DNA of 64,000 nt from Spirogloea muscicola (lineage: Eukaryota). Below, piece after piece: positions 1 through 12,599 of the stretch; the first letter of the stretch is position 1, and every line of letters begins with the position of its first letter. Made by a program: the position numbers and the translations under genes. Below the pieces are notes generated by a model, which saw only the letters and a program-made list of their open reading frames with translations, was not told where the DNA came from and did no database searches. The DNA lies in assembly GCA_009602725.1 (NCBI GenBank), contig WELB01000009.1:1052729-1116728 (forward strand), in the 5' to 3' direction.

Positions 1-2737
1 GGAGCTCGGCGGCCTCCTCGGAGCTGAGGGCGGCGCCGCCGCCGCGGCGTCGGGAGGCTGGCGGGGGGAGGGGGCGATCAACGCCGTGGAGCGGGCCTGG
101 CGGCAGCGGAGCTTCGGGCAGGGCACGGCGGCGGCCACGCTGCGCAGCAGCCTGCTCATGGAGGAAATGGACCCGTTCGAGGGCGACAGCGCCGAGGAGC
201 GAGAGGAGGAGGCTGCTGCCGAGCAGTCAGCGATCGAGGAGGACGAGGTCTGCCCTCCTCTGCCCCTCTCCTCCCTCTTCTGTCGCACTAAGTCTGTCCT
301 GCAACTGGCCGCTTTTGCACTCTCTCTCTCTCTCTTCTCCTGCTGCTACTGCTGTTTATGTTTAGCATGAGCAAGCTCAACAACCATGTCTTCAGAGTAA
401 AAGCCAATCAAGAAAGGGAATCCATTAATGATAAACTCCCCAGTAACATCGTAGCATAACTAAAGGGTTCCCGTCTCTGCCTCCCCTACTCTAGTCGAGT
501 GCAAGTCTCTCGGATATCCTTGCAAGGAAGCTCCCGAGAGACATCGCTGTCCTGCTGACATAAGCAATGGCGGCGGCGACACGGGGGCTGTGTGGGGCGG
601 CAGCTGGCAGACCGGCGGGAGCACCGGAAGACGACGTGGGAGGAGGTGACGCACGCGGTGAAGCGCGCGGAGCGCGAGGGCCTGCACGAGCGTGACGATG
701 GCGAGCTGGAGCGCAGCGGGCAGCCGCTGTGCATCTACGAGCCATACTGGGGCGCCGGCGCCTGGCCCTTCCTGCGCGCCGGTGTGCCGCTGTACCGCGG
801 CCTTGCCCTGGACAGCGGCGCGCGCCGCCCGGGCTCCGACGACCTCGATGGTGCCGCGCGCCTGCCGCTGCTGGCCTCCGCCTACTACCGTGCGGCGCTG
901 TGCGAAGCCGGCGGCGTGCTGGCAATCGGCCGCAGGCTGGAGCGTGTGCACGCCGCGCCTGCCGTCGGCTTCCAGTCATGGCGGGCCGATGCGGCGGGCG
1001 CGGGGCTGCGCCCGCCCGCCGAGGCTGCGCTCGAGGACGCACTCGAGGCTGGGCGCTACGGAGCCGCCGTTTTCTTCTGGGCACCTCTGCGGCAGCAGCC
1101 GGGGGCCAGGCTCGCCGGCACGCCGCCCGGCACAGCTGCTGCCAATGTCAGCGGTGGCAGCGCCAGCGGCGACTTGGGCGGGGACTTCTGGTCGACGTGC
1201 GATGCCGTCAACGCTGGGCAGTGCCGGTGCGCCCTCCCTGCCTCCTCTCCCTCTCTCCCCTGTGCCGCCCTCAAGCCTCCGCCAACGCTGCGGGGCCCTG
1301 GCCCTGCCCCTGTCCCCTCATCGTCCTCTGCTCTCTCCCTCCTCCCTCTTGCCGCTTGGCAGCACGGTGTTTCTGGCGGGCCTGCAAGCGATGTACAGCT
1401 TGCCGGCAAATTGGACGACTGTGCCGCCGATGCCTGGCGGCGGCGGCGGCTCGTGGCCCGCGACGCACAGCTGGGCGATGCCCACGCCCATGTTTGCGGA
1501 CTTCGTGCTCTTCGCCAGGCATGCCCCCCCCACTCCCGCCCGTTCCGCTCTGTCTGCATGCACCTCGGCTACGATGCTACTTGCCTACATTTGCCGCGGT
1601 TAGCCAGCCCTGCCTTTCGATTAGTCTGACCTCGGACAGCCTGCTTTGAGGGAAGCTCGACTGTGGCTCTGACCTGCCTCAGAGGCTCAGCCTCGCCCCT
1701 AAGTCAATCGTGGCGACATCCATCTCCTTGACTCCTGAGCATTGACGCGTAATCATTGGCTGATCATGCAACACTCTTCTCCGCATGCTTGCTTCAAAGC
1801 CTGTCACTACTGGCGTCCACCAGGCTGGCAGCTGCTCGTCTCAGCTCCCTGACACGTTAGTCAGAGATGGCATGGAGGTCTGATGGAACCTATTGAATTG
1901 CTCGCGGCGGTGCGAGTGCAGGATTTTCATAGACGCCCTGGACTCGCTGTACTATGAGGCGCACCGCACTGCGGGCAAGTGCCCGCTCAGCAGCACGCCA
2001 TCCGAGGTGTGGCTTGGCTCGCCTGTCACATCCCTTCCCCCCCAACCCCTCTCCTTGTCCATCAATCGAAGGCTGAGCACAGACTCTGACCGCCGGCCAT
2101 CCGCTGATGCAGGCGCAGCACTGCTACTGCCGTTTACTGGAGCGGATGGTGGCGGTGTGGGCGTACCACAGTGGCAAGCGGCTGGTGCTCGTGGACACCG
2201 CCACCGGAGCGATGACGGAGCAGCACCCGTTCGCCGACCGCAAGGGCCAGCGCCGTTGGCGCAGATTCTTCGCCCGCTCCCTCCTCAAGGTTTGCTGCCC
2301 TTGTCACCTCCCCCGGCACTGCAGTATTTCAAGCAGGCATGGGCATCTGAAGTGCTGCAGCTGACACAACTGCGTGGCATATTGAGCAGGAGATGGATGA
2401 GGCACGTGCAGAGGAGGCGGATGTGGCAAAGCCGGAGCGGCACTGGATCTGGCCACACACTGGCGACATTGTTTGGGCGGGGCTCGCGGAGAAGGAGCGG
2501 CTTGCGCGGCAACGCGAGAAGGCGGACAAGGCGCGGCGACAGAAGGAGCGCCTTGCGCGGATGCGCCGGCGGTACAAGCAGAAGGCATTGGGCCGCGTAA
2601 GCCGGAAGAAGCCGCCAACAGGGCCGTCGCAGCCGCCTGCAGTACTTTCATCGCCAGCGTGGCCCGCACAGGCCATGCCTGACGCAGAGCTCAGGGGGGA
2701 TGGCGAGGATCCCCCATTTGACCTCGCATCGGAGTGA
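1..2737 (+). CDS. Plant glycosyltransferase family 1 protein (At4g01210/At5g04480-like), 3' part; 5' end lies outside the window
   Basis: Spliced exons at about 1-247, 604-1227, 1363-1518, 1922-2007, 2113-2289 and 2390-2737. They encode TWEEVTHAVKRAE..LHERDDGELERSGQPLCIYEPYWGAGAWPFL, VGFQSWRA, DFWSTCDAVNAGQC, HSWAMPTPMFADFVLFAR|IFIDALD, HCYCRLLERMVAVWAYHSGKRLV and MDE..AEEAD..HWIWPHTG, which I recognise as the conserved C-terminal region of this plant family. Confidence 0.85.
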
Positions 2738-3079
2738 ATAAGCCTGTGCCATTGTCCACTGCAGAAGCGCAGCCTAGCCTTCATGTGGCGCCTGCGTTCT
2801 GCGTTCTTTCATTCTTTCCGCCGCCCCTCTGCAAGTCTGTGCACTGGCAGCAAGCCAGTCCTGGCACGCTCAATGACCTGGGCGGCCTTTCAGTCCGGCA
2901 ACCAGCCGCGTACTGCTTGACTTTGCACCAGTGGAGGCGGCCTCGAGGGCGGGGGTCTCAGGGGCCAGGGGAGAGACTTAGATGGTCAGAGAGGAGCTGC
3001 AGATGGCAGCCGAAGTTGTATCGGCTGTTGTCCCTTTTGGCAACCCGGCTGCTGCTAAAAGTTGCTGCACTTTGCCGAG

Positions 3080-4156
3080 TTAGAGGTTGGATGGAGGTAC
3101 TGCAGCCGGCTTGAAGTTGCGGTGTGCAATGACGGCGTAGAAGGGGTCAGCTGGTGATGAGCGCCAGAAAAGGTCCTGGAGGAGCCGCAGCAGCCCGCTA
3201 CTGGTGGCAGATGATGAGGGTGCCTCGGAAGGCAAGTGTCGGACGACCTCGGGGTCTGTGAAGCCACGCACGCACTGAAAGTACTGCTTGACAAGGAGAA
3301 CACGGCCAAAAGCTGTGCTGTTGCGCCACGCCGCAATCGCCTGTGGGGATATGGCGACCGTTGGGACATTCCTTGAGCTGTTGGTGTCACGGTTTGGCTA
3401 CGGTTGGATTAGAGCACGCTGTGTTGTGCAAGACATGGCTCCAAGCTAAGGCGTACTGCGTCGGGCACTTGCCTTGTCGTAGAACATGCGATTGCTGAAG
3501 CTGACAATGAAGATGCCGCCAGGGCGCAAGGTGCGGTACACCTCGGCGAACACTGCCTCAGGCTGCTGCAAGTACTGCACGCTTAGTGCACACAGCACCG
3601 CGTCGATGCTACAGTCTGCAACCTCGCGCAGCTGCGGGTCTGCACGTAAATCAAGGTTGAATAGCAGCACGTCAGTAGGAATCGAAGCTGATCAAGCCCG
3701 ATCGATTGTGTCTGGATTGTCAGAGTAAAGCACGACACTGATTATTGCAATGCTTGCTTAGTCACGCAACTCCAGTTGCTGGCAGCCGAAGGTGGCGGCA
3801 GCAGCGAGGGACCTTTGTTGAGGTCTTGGACAAAGGACCGCCCAAGGCGAGGGTTGCGCGCCAGCTCGGCGGCGCTGAGGCCGTGGCCAGTGACGCTGCG
3901 GTATGCAGCGCGCTCCGGGAGGTGGCTGACCCAGGAGCTCATGAGGTCGAGGACGTCGCTGCCGTCCGGCACGCGCTCGGCGTACAACGCCGTCAGCCTG
4001 CCCAGGAAGCTGTCGTCCACGTGGGTCACCTGCCGCCGCCGCCGCCGCCGCCGTCGTGAGCTGCTGGAGCCGGCGGCGCCGCGTCCGGCCCGCAGCGGCG
4101 TTGGCAGAGGCGTCGGCGGCGGTGGGCGCCCACAAAGCGCGGGGAAGCGTAGAAGN

Positions 4157-4189
<33 letters not shown>

Positions 4190-4331
4190 TGCTGCTGAGT
4201 GTGGCGGCTGGCCGCAGCGCCCTCATCGTCGGCACAGCTGCAGGCTTGCCCACAAGAGCAGCAGCGAGCCGTCGAGCTCTGGGGCGGCTTGCTGTGCAGG
4301 CTGGCGCCCCAGGCGCCGTCACGGCCGCCAT
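3080..4331 (-). CDS. Class I SAM-dependent methyltransferase (Methyltransf_11; plant/cyanobacterial At4g29590-like), probably plastid-targeted
   Basis: Exons encode FYASPRFV|THVDDSFLGRLTALY..DVLDLMSSWVSHLP..GHGLSAAELARNPRL..QDLNK|DPQL..DAVLCALSVQYLQQPEAVFAEVYRTLRPGG..SFSNRMFYDK|AIAAWRN..GFTDPEV..DPFYAVIAHRNFKP*. The N-terminus from ATG 4331 is Ala/Arg-rich. A single 'n' at 4156 probably hides missing sequence. Confidence 0.85.
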
Positions 4332-4382
4332 GCCTCTGCCAGCCGCAGTGAGGCCCTGATGGCTGCCGCCACCTGACCAAGC

Positions 4383-5400
4383 TGCTGGCTGGGTTTCGTC
4401 AAGGTGCCTTCTTTTCCAGCTGCAAGTTCACTCCGACTAACGGCTGCTGACTCGGGCTTACTACTGCTCCCATAAGCTGTCGTCTCTTGCCTAGCTGTTT
4501 CACAGGCCCTCCATCACTTAACGCACTCATCTGTGTTAGTTTTAGCGCCTTTCGGGCGTTTGGACGTTGGCCATTCGATCATTGTTCATTCCTTATGCTG
4601 AGCTGGCCAATCACGGCCATCGCCCTCTACTAATCTTTGGACGTTGCCCAGTCTTTCTGGGCTGGCTTTTCACAGCCCCGGTCCCCATGGAAGAGCTCAA
4701 TTGCTTTGCTGATAACAGGTGGTAGCTGAGGTGACAACTTGAACGGTGCCCAATAAACTATGGCGTACGTACATCAGCCTACCAGTGTCGAGTATGTTCG
4801 CGCTTGCCATTGACTTCCATGGGCGTGGGACTCGCTGGCACGACCTCCTCCAGCAGCTTGCACGACGCGCTCTAACCTGCTGTCAACGGCAGCAGAGCGA
4901 ACGCGAGCACCCCAGCTTCAGCGCCGTCGAGTCGCTCGCTCCGGTGTACAGAATACGCCTCACCTTTTTTCTGAAGCACTCGTTGGCACCGCGCCTTGGC
5001 TGCTGCTTCCAGGTCTCGATGGGGTGACACTTTTCCACCTTTTAAGTTCTCCGACCTGCATTTCTTGACCAGAAGATATTGAAGCATCTAGTCGTAGAAG
5101 TCATGCAGAAAGTTTCGTGTTTTGCCATTGCCATCCCTTTCGGAAGTTGTCCATTACTTGGGGTGACACTTTCCGAGCAGGAACTCAGTCCGGACTGCGG
5201 CAGCTGACTAGGGGTTATTGAGCTTCCAGATGTAGCCACATGCATAGCTGTGTGCTTTCAGCGCCCTTCGGCCTTTTTAAAGCACTGTCCATTTATTCGG
5301 GCTGGCTTCCTACAGCCCTCGCTCCCTTTGGAAGAGCCGATTAATTTCTTTTGGGCTGGCCTCTCAAAGCCATCGCCATCTTCTGTAGAGGCTATCCTTT
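4383..5400 (+). mobile_element. Cluster of decayed 3'-end fragments of the CRE-like non-LTR retrotransposon
   Basis: ORF 4746-5027 (LAIDFHG.GTRWHDLLQQLARRA..SLAPVYRIRL) plus GDTFPP..SDLHFLTRRY* ending near 5082 aligns by eye with the C-terminus at 53752-54105. Shorter matches lie at about 4388-4465 and 5160-5221. The (tt)GGGCTGGC 3'-UTR motif occurs near 4658, 5298 and 5352. Confidence 0.7.
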
Positions 5401-5547
5401 GGTTCTACTGCTGGATGCATTTTCCAAAGAGAGCGGCCTGCATTGCAAGCTCGGCCCATCTGCACGAATGAAAGAATCGCCATCGAAGTAGTAGAGCAGC
5501 CAAATCGCTGGCTGCTCCGCGGGTGGCAGACACTTGACTACATCAGC

Positions 5548-8160
5548 TCAGTCGTCAATAAGACCGTAGGCACGCTTGGCAGCCAGAAGCGTGTTGGCCA
5601 GGAGCATGGCGATGGTCATGGGCCCGACGCCGCCGGGAACTGGAGTGATGGCCGACGCGACGCGCCTTGCCTCTTCAAAGCACACGTCGCCCACCAGCCG
5701 GTAGCCCCGTTTGGTGTTGGCATCCTGGATGCAAAATGGGTTACTAGTGTCCCAAATATCAGCAAAGTTCGGGTGATGTCTACTTTCTGTAGCGCTTCTC
5801 ACCACTAAAGCATATTAAGCATGAGTACCTCGACCCTCACGAACATTCCAGCTTGAACATCTTCATCGAAGTACGAAGGCACAGATGTATAGCAAAATGT
5901 CTTCACTTAAATAGTCAGCGCAGCGAGTCACTGCACTCAGAATGACCGCAGGTCAGGAATCGAGTGATGGATTTGCCTCAGTAGGTTCGCGGCTTGGCAC
6001 CTCGACAGGGTTGATGCCGACATCGATCACGATCGCCCCGCGCTTGATCCAGTTGCCACGCACGAGATTGGCCACGCCTGCACCGGCAATGATGATGTCT
6101 GCCTCGCGTGAAATGGCCTCGGGCTGCTGCGTGTGCGAGTGCACAATTGTCACCGTCGCGTTGTATCTCTGCATAAGGGGCCAACCACAATAAGAAGTCG
6201 AGTAGTAGAAGCTTCTGGCACAGAATGCATCTTACAGAGTGGTAGAATAGCGAGAAGCAGAGAAGGAGCGAAAATCATCTGCTCATGTGCACAGGACCCC
6301 CACGAGCTCCTCACTGATATTCTCACATGCTCACAATTACACATTGTATACAAGAAGGTGTGCAACTTAGGTACTTCTGCTTGGAGGATTCGCAGCACAC
6401 GAAAATGCACGCGCCACATTCAGGGAGCTTGGGCAGGGGGAGGAGCCTGACCTGGAGCAACAGCGCAGCGGGCATGCCGACAACATTGCTGCGGCCGATC
6501 ACCACCGCGCGCTTGCCATCCAGCTCAGCGCCTGACCTGTGAGAGCCGGACCCCATGATTAACGAGGAGTCCCTCTGCAGCCTGCAGCTGCTGGAGCATG
6601 CAGCACCACCCCAGCTCCTTGTGTTGCTTCAGACGAAAGACGCTGAAGATGGCTGAGGATGGCACCTTAAGCCTTGCTGATTTCAGTAGGCACTGGAGAT
6701 TTGATAGCCCAGTAAACTAATTGAGCTAAAAGTCTAAATGCATAGCAAACATTCACTAAGTCTAGCGCCATAACAGAAGTGCAGCAGCAGAGACCTGACA
6801 AGGAGCTCGAGGCAGCCTTTGGGTGTGCAGGGCAGGAATCGTGGTTGGCGGCCTGTCATGGCCAGCCGCCCGATGTTCACAGGATGGAAACCATCCACGT
6901 CCTTCTCCAGGCTCACTGCACCCACAATGCGCTCCTCGCTCATATGCTGCACATTGACAGCGCGAGCGCCGGGGCGGCACCCGCGGAGGCTGCAGGGTCA
7001 GCACTGACCAAGCCTCTGTTGCAGTCTCAGTGCAGCCGTAGCCTTACCCTGACCATTACACCTCCCATAAGCAGACTGTTGATATCCTGCCTCGAGCTGA
7101 TGTTGCTTTTGACAAGGCTTTGGCGCGGAAGTCTCAGCCTGGCACTAAGAGGAGTACTAACAGAGTATCTTGTTCGCTTCAGCCTGGCATTAAGAGGAGT
7201 ACTAACAGAGTATCTTGTTCGCTAACTAAGTAACAGAAGAAGGTGATAAGGCTGGACTGCCATTGGTGCTAGGGGTTGCTGTGTAGAGGTAGACGTTCTA
7301 TGGGACCCCCGCGGCAGGCCAGAGCACCTTGGGCAGCGGCAGCTGGACGAGCACGCCGTGCACGGCCGGGTCCGCATTGAAGCCCTCGACGGCAGCCAGG
7401 ACCTCGTCCTCCGACGCGTCCTCGGGGAGGTCGACGCCGAACGACGCGATGCCCGCCATGGCGCAGGCCTTGCGCTTGCTGCGCACGTACGTCTCCGAGT
7501 CCTTGCGGGTGCCCACGAGCACGACCGCGAGGCCCGGGACCTTGCCCACGGCCGCGCGCATCGCCTCCACCTCCTCCGCAATCTCTGCGCGGATCTCCTC
7601 GGCAATCGCCTTGCCGTCGATAATGGCGGCCACCTCCGTCGACGTAGCGGCTGCATCACAGAGGCAGTGCGGCGCAATGTGGGAGTCAGTCGAGAAATTA
7701 AGTTTCAACCTGAGTGCTGGACTCACGATGCGAAGTGCTAGTATGACAAATGGCACCTCTCATGGTACTACTATAATTAATCTCTTACTCTTTCCGTGCA
7801 TTAACTCTAGATATACGTGTATTTGCAAACATGATGGCTGGTCATAAAGGAGAGCAGTAAGGATGCGAATGCAGCATAGACTGGCACAGGACGTTGGCGC
7901 AAGGCAGAGCCGCCAGCCAGTGCCGCCAGCGCCGCCGCTAAACCCTGACGGAGTCCATTACCGCCAGCGCCTCTTAAACCCTGGACGAACTCTAAACCCT
8001 CGCAGTAGGAGCGGCGGAGGACGAGCTCGGACGTGCGGGCAAGGCAGCGAGGTCCGGACCTTCGCCGCCGCGGAGGAGCGCGCCGCACGGCGGCAGGCCC
8101 GGCGTGGGGCGCCAGCTGTCGAAGCCGCCCCACCAGTGCGCCGCGGGCCGGCGCCCCGGC
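5548..8160 (-). CDS. folD: Bifunctional methylenetetrahydrofolate dehydrogenase/cyclohydrolase (FolD); start codon lies in the N-gap
   Basis: Exons encode [78 protein letters not shown]|..[22 protein letters not shown]|..[25 protein letters not shown]|..[26 protein letters not shown], with GT-AG introns. Confidence 0.95.
7134..7223. repeat. 45-bp tandem duplication in a FolD intron
   Basis: tcagcctggca(c/t)taagaggagtactaacagagtatcttgttcgct occurs twice in tandem with one mismatch. Confidence 0.9.
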
Positions 8161-8857
8161 NNNNNNNNNNNNNNNNNNNNNNNNNNNNNNNNNNNNNNNN
8201 NNNNNNNNNNNNNNNNNNNNNNNNNNNNNNNNNNNNNNNNNNNNNNNNNNNNNNNNNNNNNNNNNNNNNNNNNNNNNNNNNNNNNNNNNNNNNNNNNNNN
8301 NNNNNNNNNNNNNNNNNNNNNNNNNNNNNNNNNNNNNNNNNNNNNNNNNNNNNNNNNNNNNNNNNNNNNNNNNNNNNNNNNNNNNNNNNNNNNNNNNNNN
8401 NNNNNNNNNNNNNNNNNNNNNNNNNNNNNNNNNNNNNNNNNNNNNNNNNNNNNNNNNNNNNNNNNNNNNNNNNNNNNNNNNNNNNNNNNNNNNNNNNNNN
8501 NNNNNNNNNNNNNNNNNNNNNNNNNNNNNNNNNNNNNNNNNNNNNNNNNNNNNNNNNNNNNNNNNNNNNNNNNNNNNNNNNNNNNNNNNNNNNNNNNNNN
8601 NNNNNNNNNNNNNNNNNNNNNNNNNNNNNNNNNNNNNNNNNNNNNNNNNNNNNNNNNNNNNNNNNNNNNNNNNNNNNNNNNNNNNNNNNNNNNNNNNNNN
8701 NNNNNNNNNNNNNNNNNNNNNNNNNNNNNNNNNNNNNNNNNNNNNNNNNNNNNNNNNNNNNNNNNNNNNNNNNNNNNNNNNNNNNNNNNNNNNNNNNNNN
8801 NNNNNNNNNNNNNNNNNNNNNNNNNNNNNNNNNNNNNNNNNNNNNNNNNNNNNNNNN

Positions 8858-11800
8858 CGGCGCAGGGCTCGGCGGCGCTGCGCGGCTGCCGGCTCGACTG
8901 CGGCGCCGGCCTCCGCGAGCTCCTCGGCGGCCACGAGGCCGCCCTCCGCGAGGTGCCAGCGCCTGCGCCCTCCCCCAGACGCCTAGCGCCAAACCGCTCC
9001 ATTATCTCCACTTAACCTTCTATCAGTGTGCACTAATCAGAGAGCGGATGGACATGAGATGGACAGTAATTGGCCATATTCGATTTCGAGATTCTCGGTC
9101 GTCAAATGCCGCTTTGAGTTCCAAGCTGGCAGCTCCAACATGGCAATTGCGATCTCGTGAGCCAATGCGGCAGAAGCTCGCGGCTTCTGCCGCCGTGTCT
9201 TATGGGTTTGCGGCTAAGCGGTCGAAGGCCAGCCTGAACCCCAAACCCTGAAATCTTTTGGCCGTAAACCCTAATCCTAAACCATAACCCTTCAGCCGCC
9301 CTTGAGCTGTCACTGCTGCCCATACTTTCACGCGTCGCTGCTGCCGCTGACAGCCCGTGGCCAGCTGCGGCGGCCTCCATGGCTGACGAGTGGGAGCTTG
9401 TCTTTGCGGGTGTCGCAGCGCCTGGACCAGAGCCAGACGCTCACCGACTTCTTCCTCGAGCTCCGTGACATGCTGGTACGTGCCGAGCGAGCGTTGCTGA
9501 CGGTGTAACCACTCCCGCTGGGCTGCTGCAATCACACTACCCATGCATGATCTAATACAGGCTTCAACTGGGAACAATTAGAGTCAATCACAAATCATTA
9601 CTGTAAGTAACAACTCTACACTGTCACCGGCACTCGTATCGGCGGCAAGAATCTGCACAAAGAGATTGTCATCAGCAGGTGCCCTCACAGTGGCAACTGC
9701 TGGCCATGTCGATGCAATACGGTCACAGGAGAAGCTCGTGCGCGTGGACAGGGCTCCGCAGCTCGCGCCTGCTGCATTCTACTCACTCCTGCTCGACGAG
9801 GTGCGGGTTACCCGTGCAGGGCCCTCATGCAGCTGTCAGTTTTCCAGAGCTGGATTCAGCAAGGTGGGGTCCATAATCTCGCTTGCTAGGCAAACAGTTG
9901 GCGATTGTTGTCCCCGGCAGCTTGCGCAAGTAGGCTGGGAGCGCGTGGCCTGGCTAAGCCCAGACCTGCATGCCGCTAACTTCCACCTATGGTGAGCGCC
10001 ACCGAAGAAAGGAAAAGCGAGCATGCACAGGCAGCTGCATGCTGCAAGCAGGCAAGATCTTGTGCCGGTATCTCGTAGCTTGTGTCTCATTCTGCGCCCT
10101 CAAGCGGGAGCGCTGAGCCATTGCACAGTCTGGCGCTGGCAGCGACGGCGCCGGCCGGCAGCATGCCCTGCGGCTCACCTTCCCTGCCACCTACCCTGAG
10201 CACCCGCCGACTGCGTCAACGGTAAGTGTGCTATTGCGCTTATGCAAGCTGGGCCCACAAACAGGCAGAATTAAAGTGTGCCTACTCTATGCAACAGAGC
10301 CTGATGTGAAATCTGTGTGATGGCTGCGGCTGTCAGGATCTGCCGGAAGAGCTGACCCTGCAGTGGACCAAGGGGCCATCGCTGCAGAGCATCCTTGCGC
10401 AGTTTGAGGAGGTGAGGATTCAAATTGCATTACCGAATTAGTCAAATGGAAACTTTATTTGCCTCGTTCCAACCTGGTTACAGATTGGTAAGTGCCAAGT
10501 TTCATCATTCCCTGTTTGGTTGACTAAGCAAGCTCCAGTATTGGAGAGCTTCTGACTGACTGCCTGACTATAGTGCTTGCAACACTGTGTTGACGGTCCA
10601 GGCTCTGAATCTGTACCAAGAGCTTTGGAATTGCATCGATGACCTTGACGCCAACACGATCGTGCTTGAGCCCGAGAGGCCCACCCGCTCCGACACCTTT
10701 CGCCGGATTGCGCTCGGTATGATGCCTGCAGGCTGGCTTCCCATGCATTTGGAATGCCTTGATTATAAAAATCAGTGGTAAAATCAGGATGTAGGGGCCA
10801 GGACGTAGAATGACGCCCTAGGCTCCATCCAGGCTTGAGGAGTAAAGAGAATTGTGCATTGCTGGGACGTATTATTGATGCTTAGGCTTTAACATTCAGC
10901 TTCCGTATTAACGAAGGCTTTTAAAAGACAGTTGTCGAGGAGTCAGAGTCAGGGGTTTAGGATCTTCGTTCTCTGCAGTCTGGAGGCGTGCACAACGTGA
11001 GGATAGACATGCCAAGTGCTGAGTGGTGTCCTTGTTCCGGTCTTGCAGGACGTCATTGCACGATCCTGATATCCATCGATGCTCACTGTCCGCGAAGCCT
11101 TCCTGAGTAAACACATCAATGAGAAAACCCTGAGGATCTTTCATCACATCATTTGGATGAAGCTCAGTTACTTAGCAACATCTGAGTAAGCCGTGATTTT
11201 GCTTCATTTGCAGCTGTCAATTTACAGGATCTGATGCTGCGGTCGGGCAATTTCGTGACTCTCTTGAGGCAAATCTGGGGGGATGGTAAGCTCCACTTCT
11301 GATGCTGGGCTCTTGGTACATACACATCAGCCTGTCAGACTATATGAGCGCTACACACAGCTTCCATATAGAGCCGTCGACATGGACTATAACTAAAGCA
11401 AAAATGATTATATGAAGTCATCAATTGGAATGTGAGGAGTCTGGAGGGTACTATCATCGTTCTCCATATGATGGTCACCGCGCTGGTCAAGACTTTGCCC
11501 GCTTCTTACGCACCTGGGGCTGAAGCTCTGCTGCAGGAGTACAGATAGGATGTTGAGGGCGAACCTCGAAAGAGCCCTAGGAGTGTCGCTGCCAGGGCCA
11601 GGCTCGGTGGCAGCTGCGGGGGATGTCACATCCGACTGCGGCATCTGCTACATGTATCGCTTGGCGAGCGATGATCAACATGCAGCAGGTCAAGCCCCCA
11701 AGTATTGTCTGACACCAGCATTTATCATACTCCGACCTTTATTCAATTTCCGAATATCCCACCTTGCTCGATGGCCATGTTCACAATTGTTGTGTATTCT

Positions 11801-12288
11801 GCCAGTCGGTAAGACCGACGCAAAGGGGACCAGCCGGGCCGGCCCCGCTCCCATCCCGGACCAGATATGCAACAGTGAGGCCTGTGGAAGGCCTTTCCAC
11901 CAAGCCTGCCTCGCGCGGTGGCTCCAATCTCTCTTGACCACCCGGAGGCAAGCGTTCTTCAGAGACATGCTCGTGGCACCTGCTATCTGGCTGAATTTGC
12001 TCATCACAATTGCTAATATGAAGGCAGATAATCTGCTTGCGAATGGATAATGTCGAGGAGCATGTTCACAGTCAGTAAAGGTTGCCATGCTGAGAAGCCG
12101 GGTCTTGCAATGACACGGATGTTTTGTGCTCACATTTCTATGTACATATTGAGCAGGCATTGGAGGAGATCCACCAGCACATCCAAAACTTAGTACCCAT
12201 TCTGGAGGTTTTGCGCAGGTCCTTTGACACGCTGTTTGGAAGGTGCCCCTACTGCCTCGGCGACATCTCCGTGAGGATGCACCCTTAA
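8858..12288 (+). CDS. FANCL: E3 ubiquitin ligase FANCL (ELF, DRWD and RING domains); start lies in the N-gap
   Basis: Spliced product: LRGCRLDCGAGLRELLGGHEAALRE|RLDQSQTLTDFFLELRDML|..FYSLLLDE|..VGWERV..|DGAGRQH..TYPEHPP..DLP..|YQELWNCIDDLDANTIVLEPERPTRSDTFRRIALG|..NLERALGVSLP..DCGICYMYRL..PDQICNSEACGRPFHQACLARWLQSLLTTR|RSFDTLFGRCPYC. This includes the FANCL C4HC3 RING finger. Stop codon at 12286-12288. Confidence 0.92.
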
Positions 12289-12599
12289 TGGAGGCGGCAT
12301 GAAGCATGACAAGCGGCATTGGCAGGCTGCATAGGGCCACCACTTCAAGACAGGGGGCTTGTGGGTGGACCCGTCACAAGCATTGCACTGCGCTTTTGGG
12401 TTCACCAGACTGCGGCGTCAAGCGGGCCTCCAAACAAGAAGGTCGTATAGGTACACTGAGGCTTTGCGGCTGTGGAACTTCTATAGGACATAACCAGCAT
12501 CTTGGAGATTGTGTGGCCTGGGCTTCACCAGCTGGGGACTGACAGCCATCCTCTGCGAGTCTTCCAGGCAAGCTGGCCATGGAGGTCTGCCCAGGAGAT

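Noticed and set aside
460..1649. Multiple long overlapping and antisense ORFs here and over other GC-rich exons
   Set aside because: These are shadow ORFs caused by high GC and few stop codons, with no recognisable motifs.
7807..8934. Minus-strand ORF MAAEELAEAG as the FolD N-terminus
   Set aside because: The ORF is open only because it runs through Ns, and 8858-8952 is better explained as a + strand FANCL exon.
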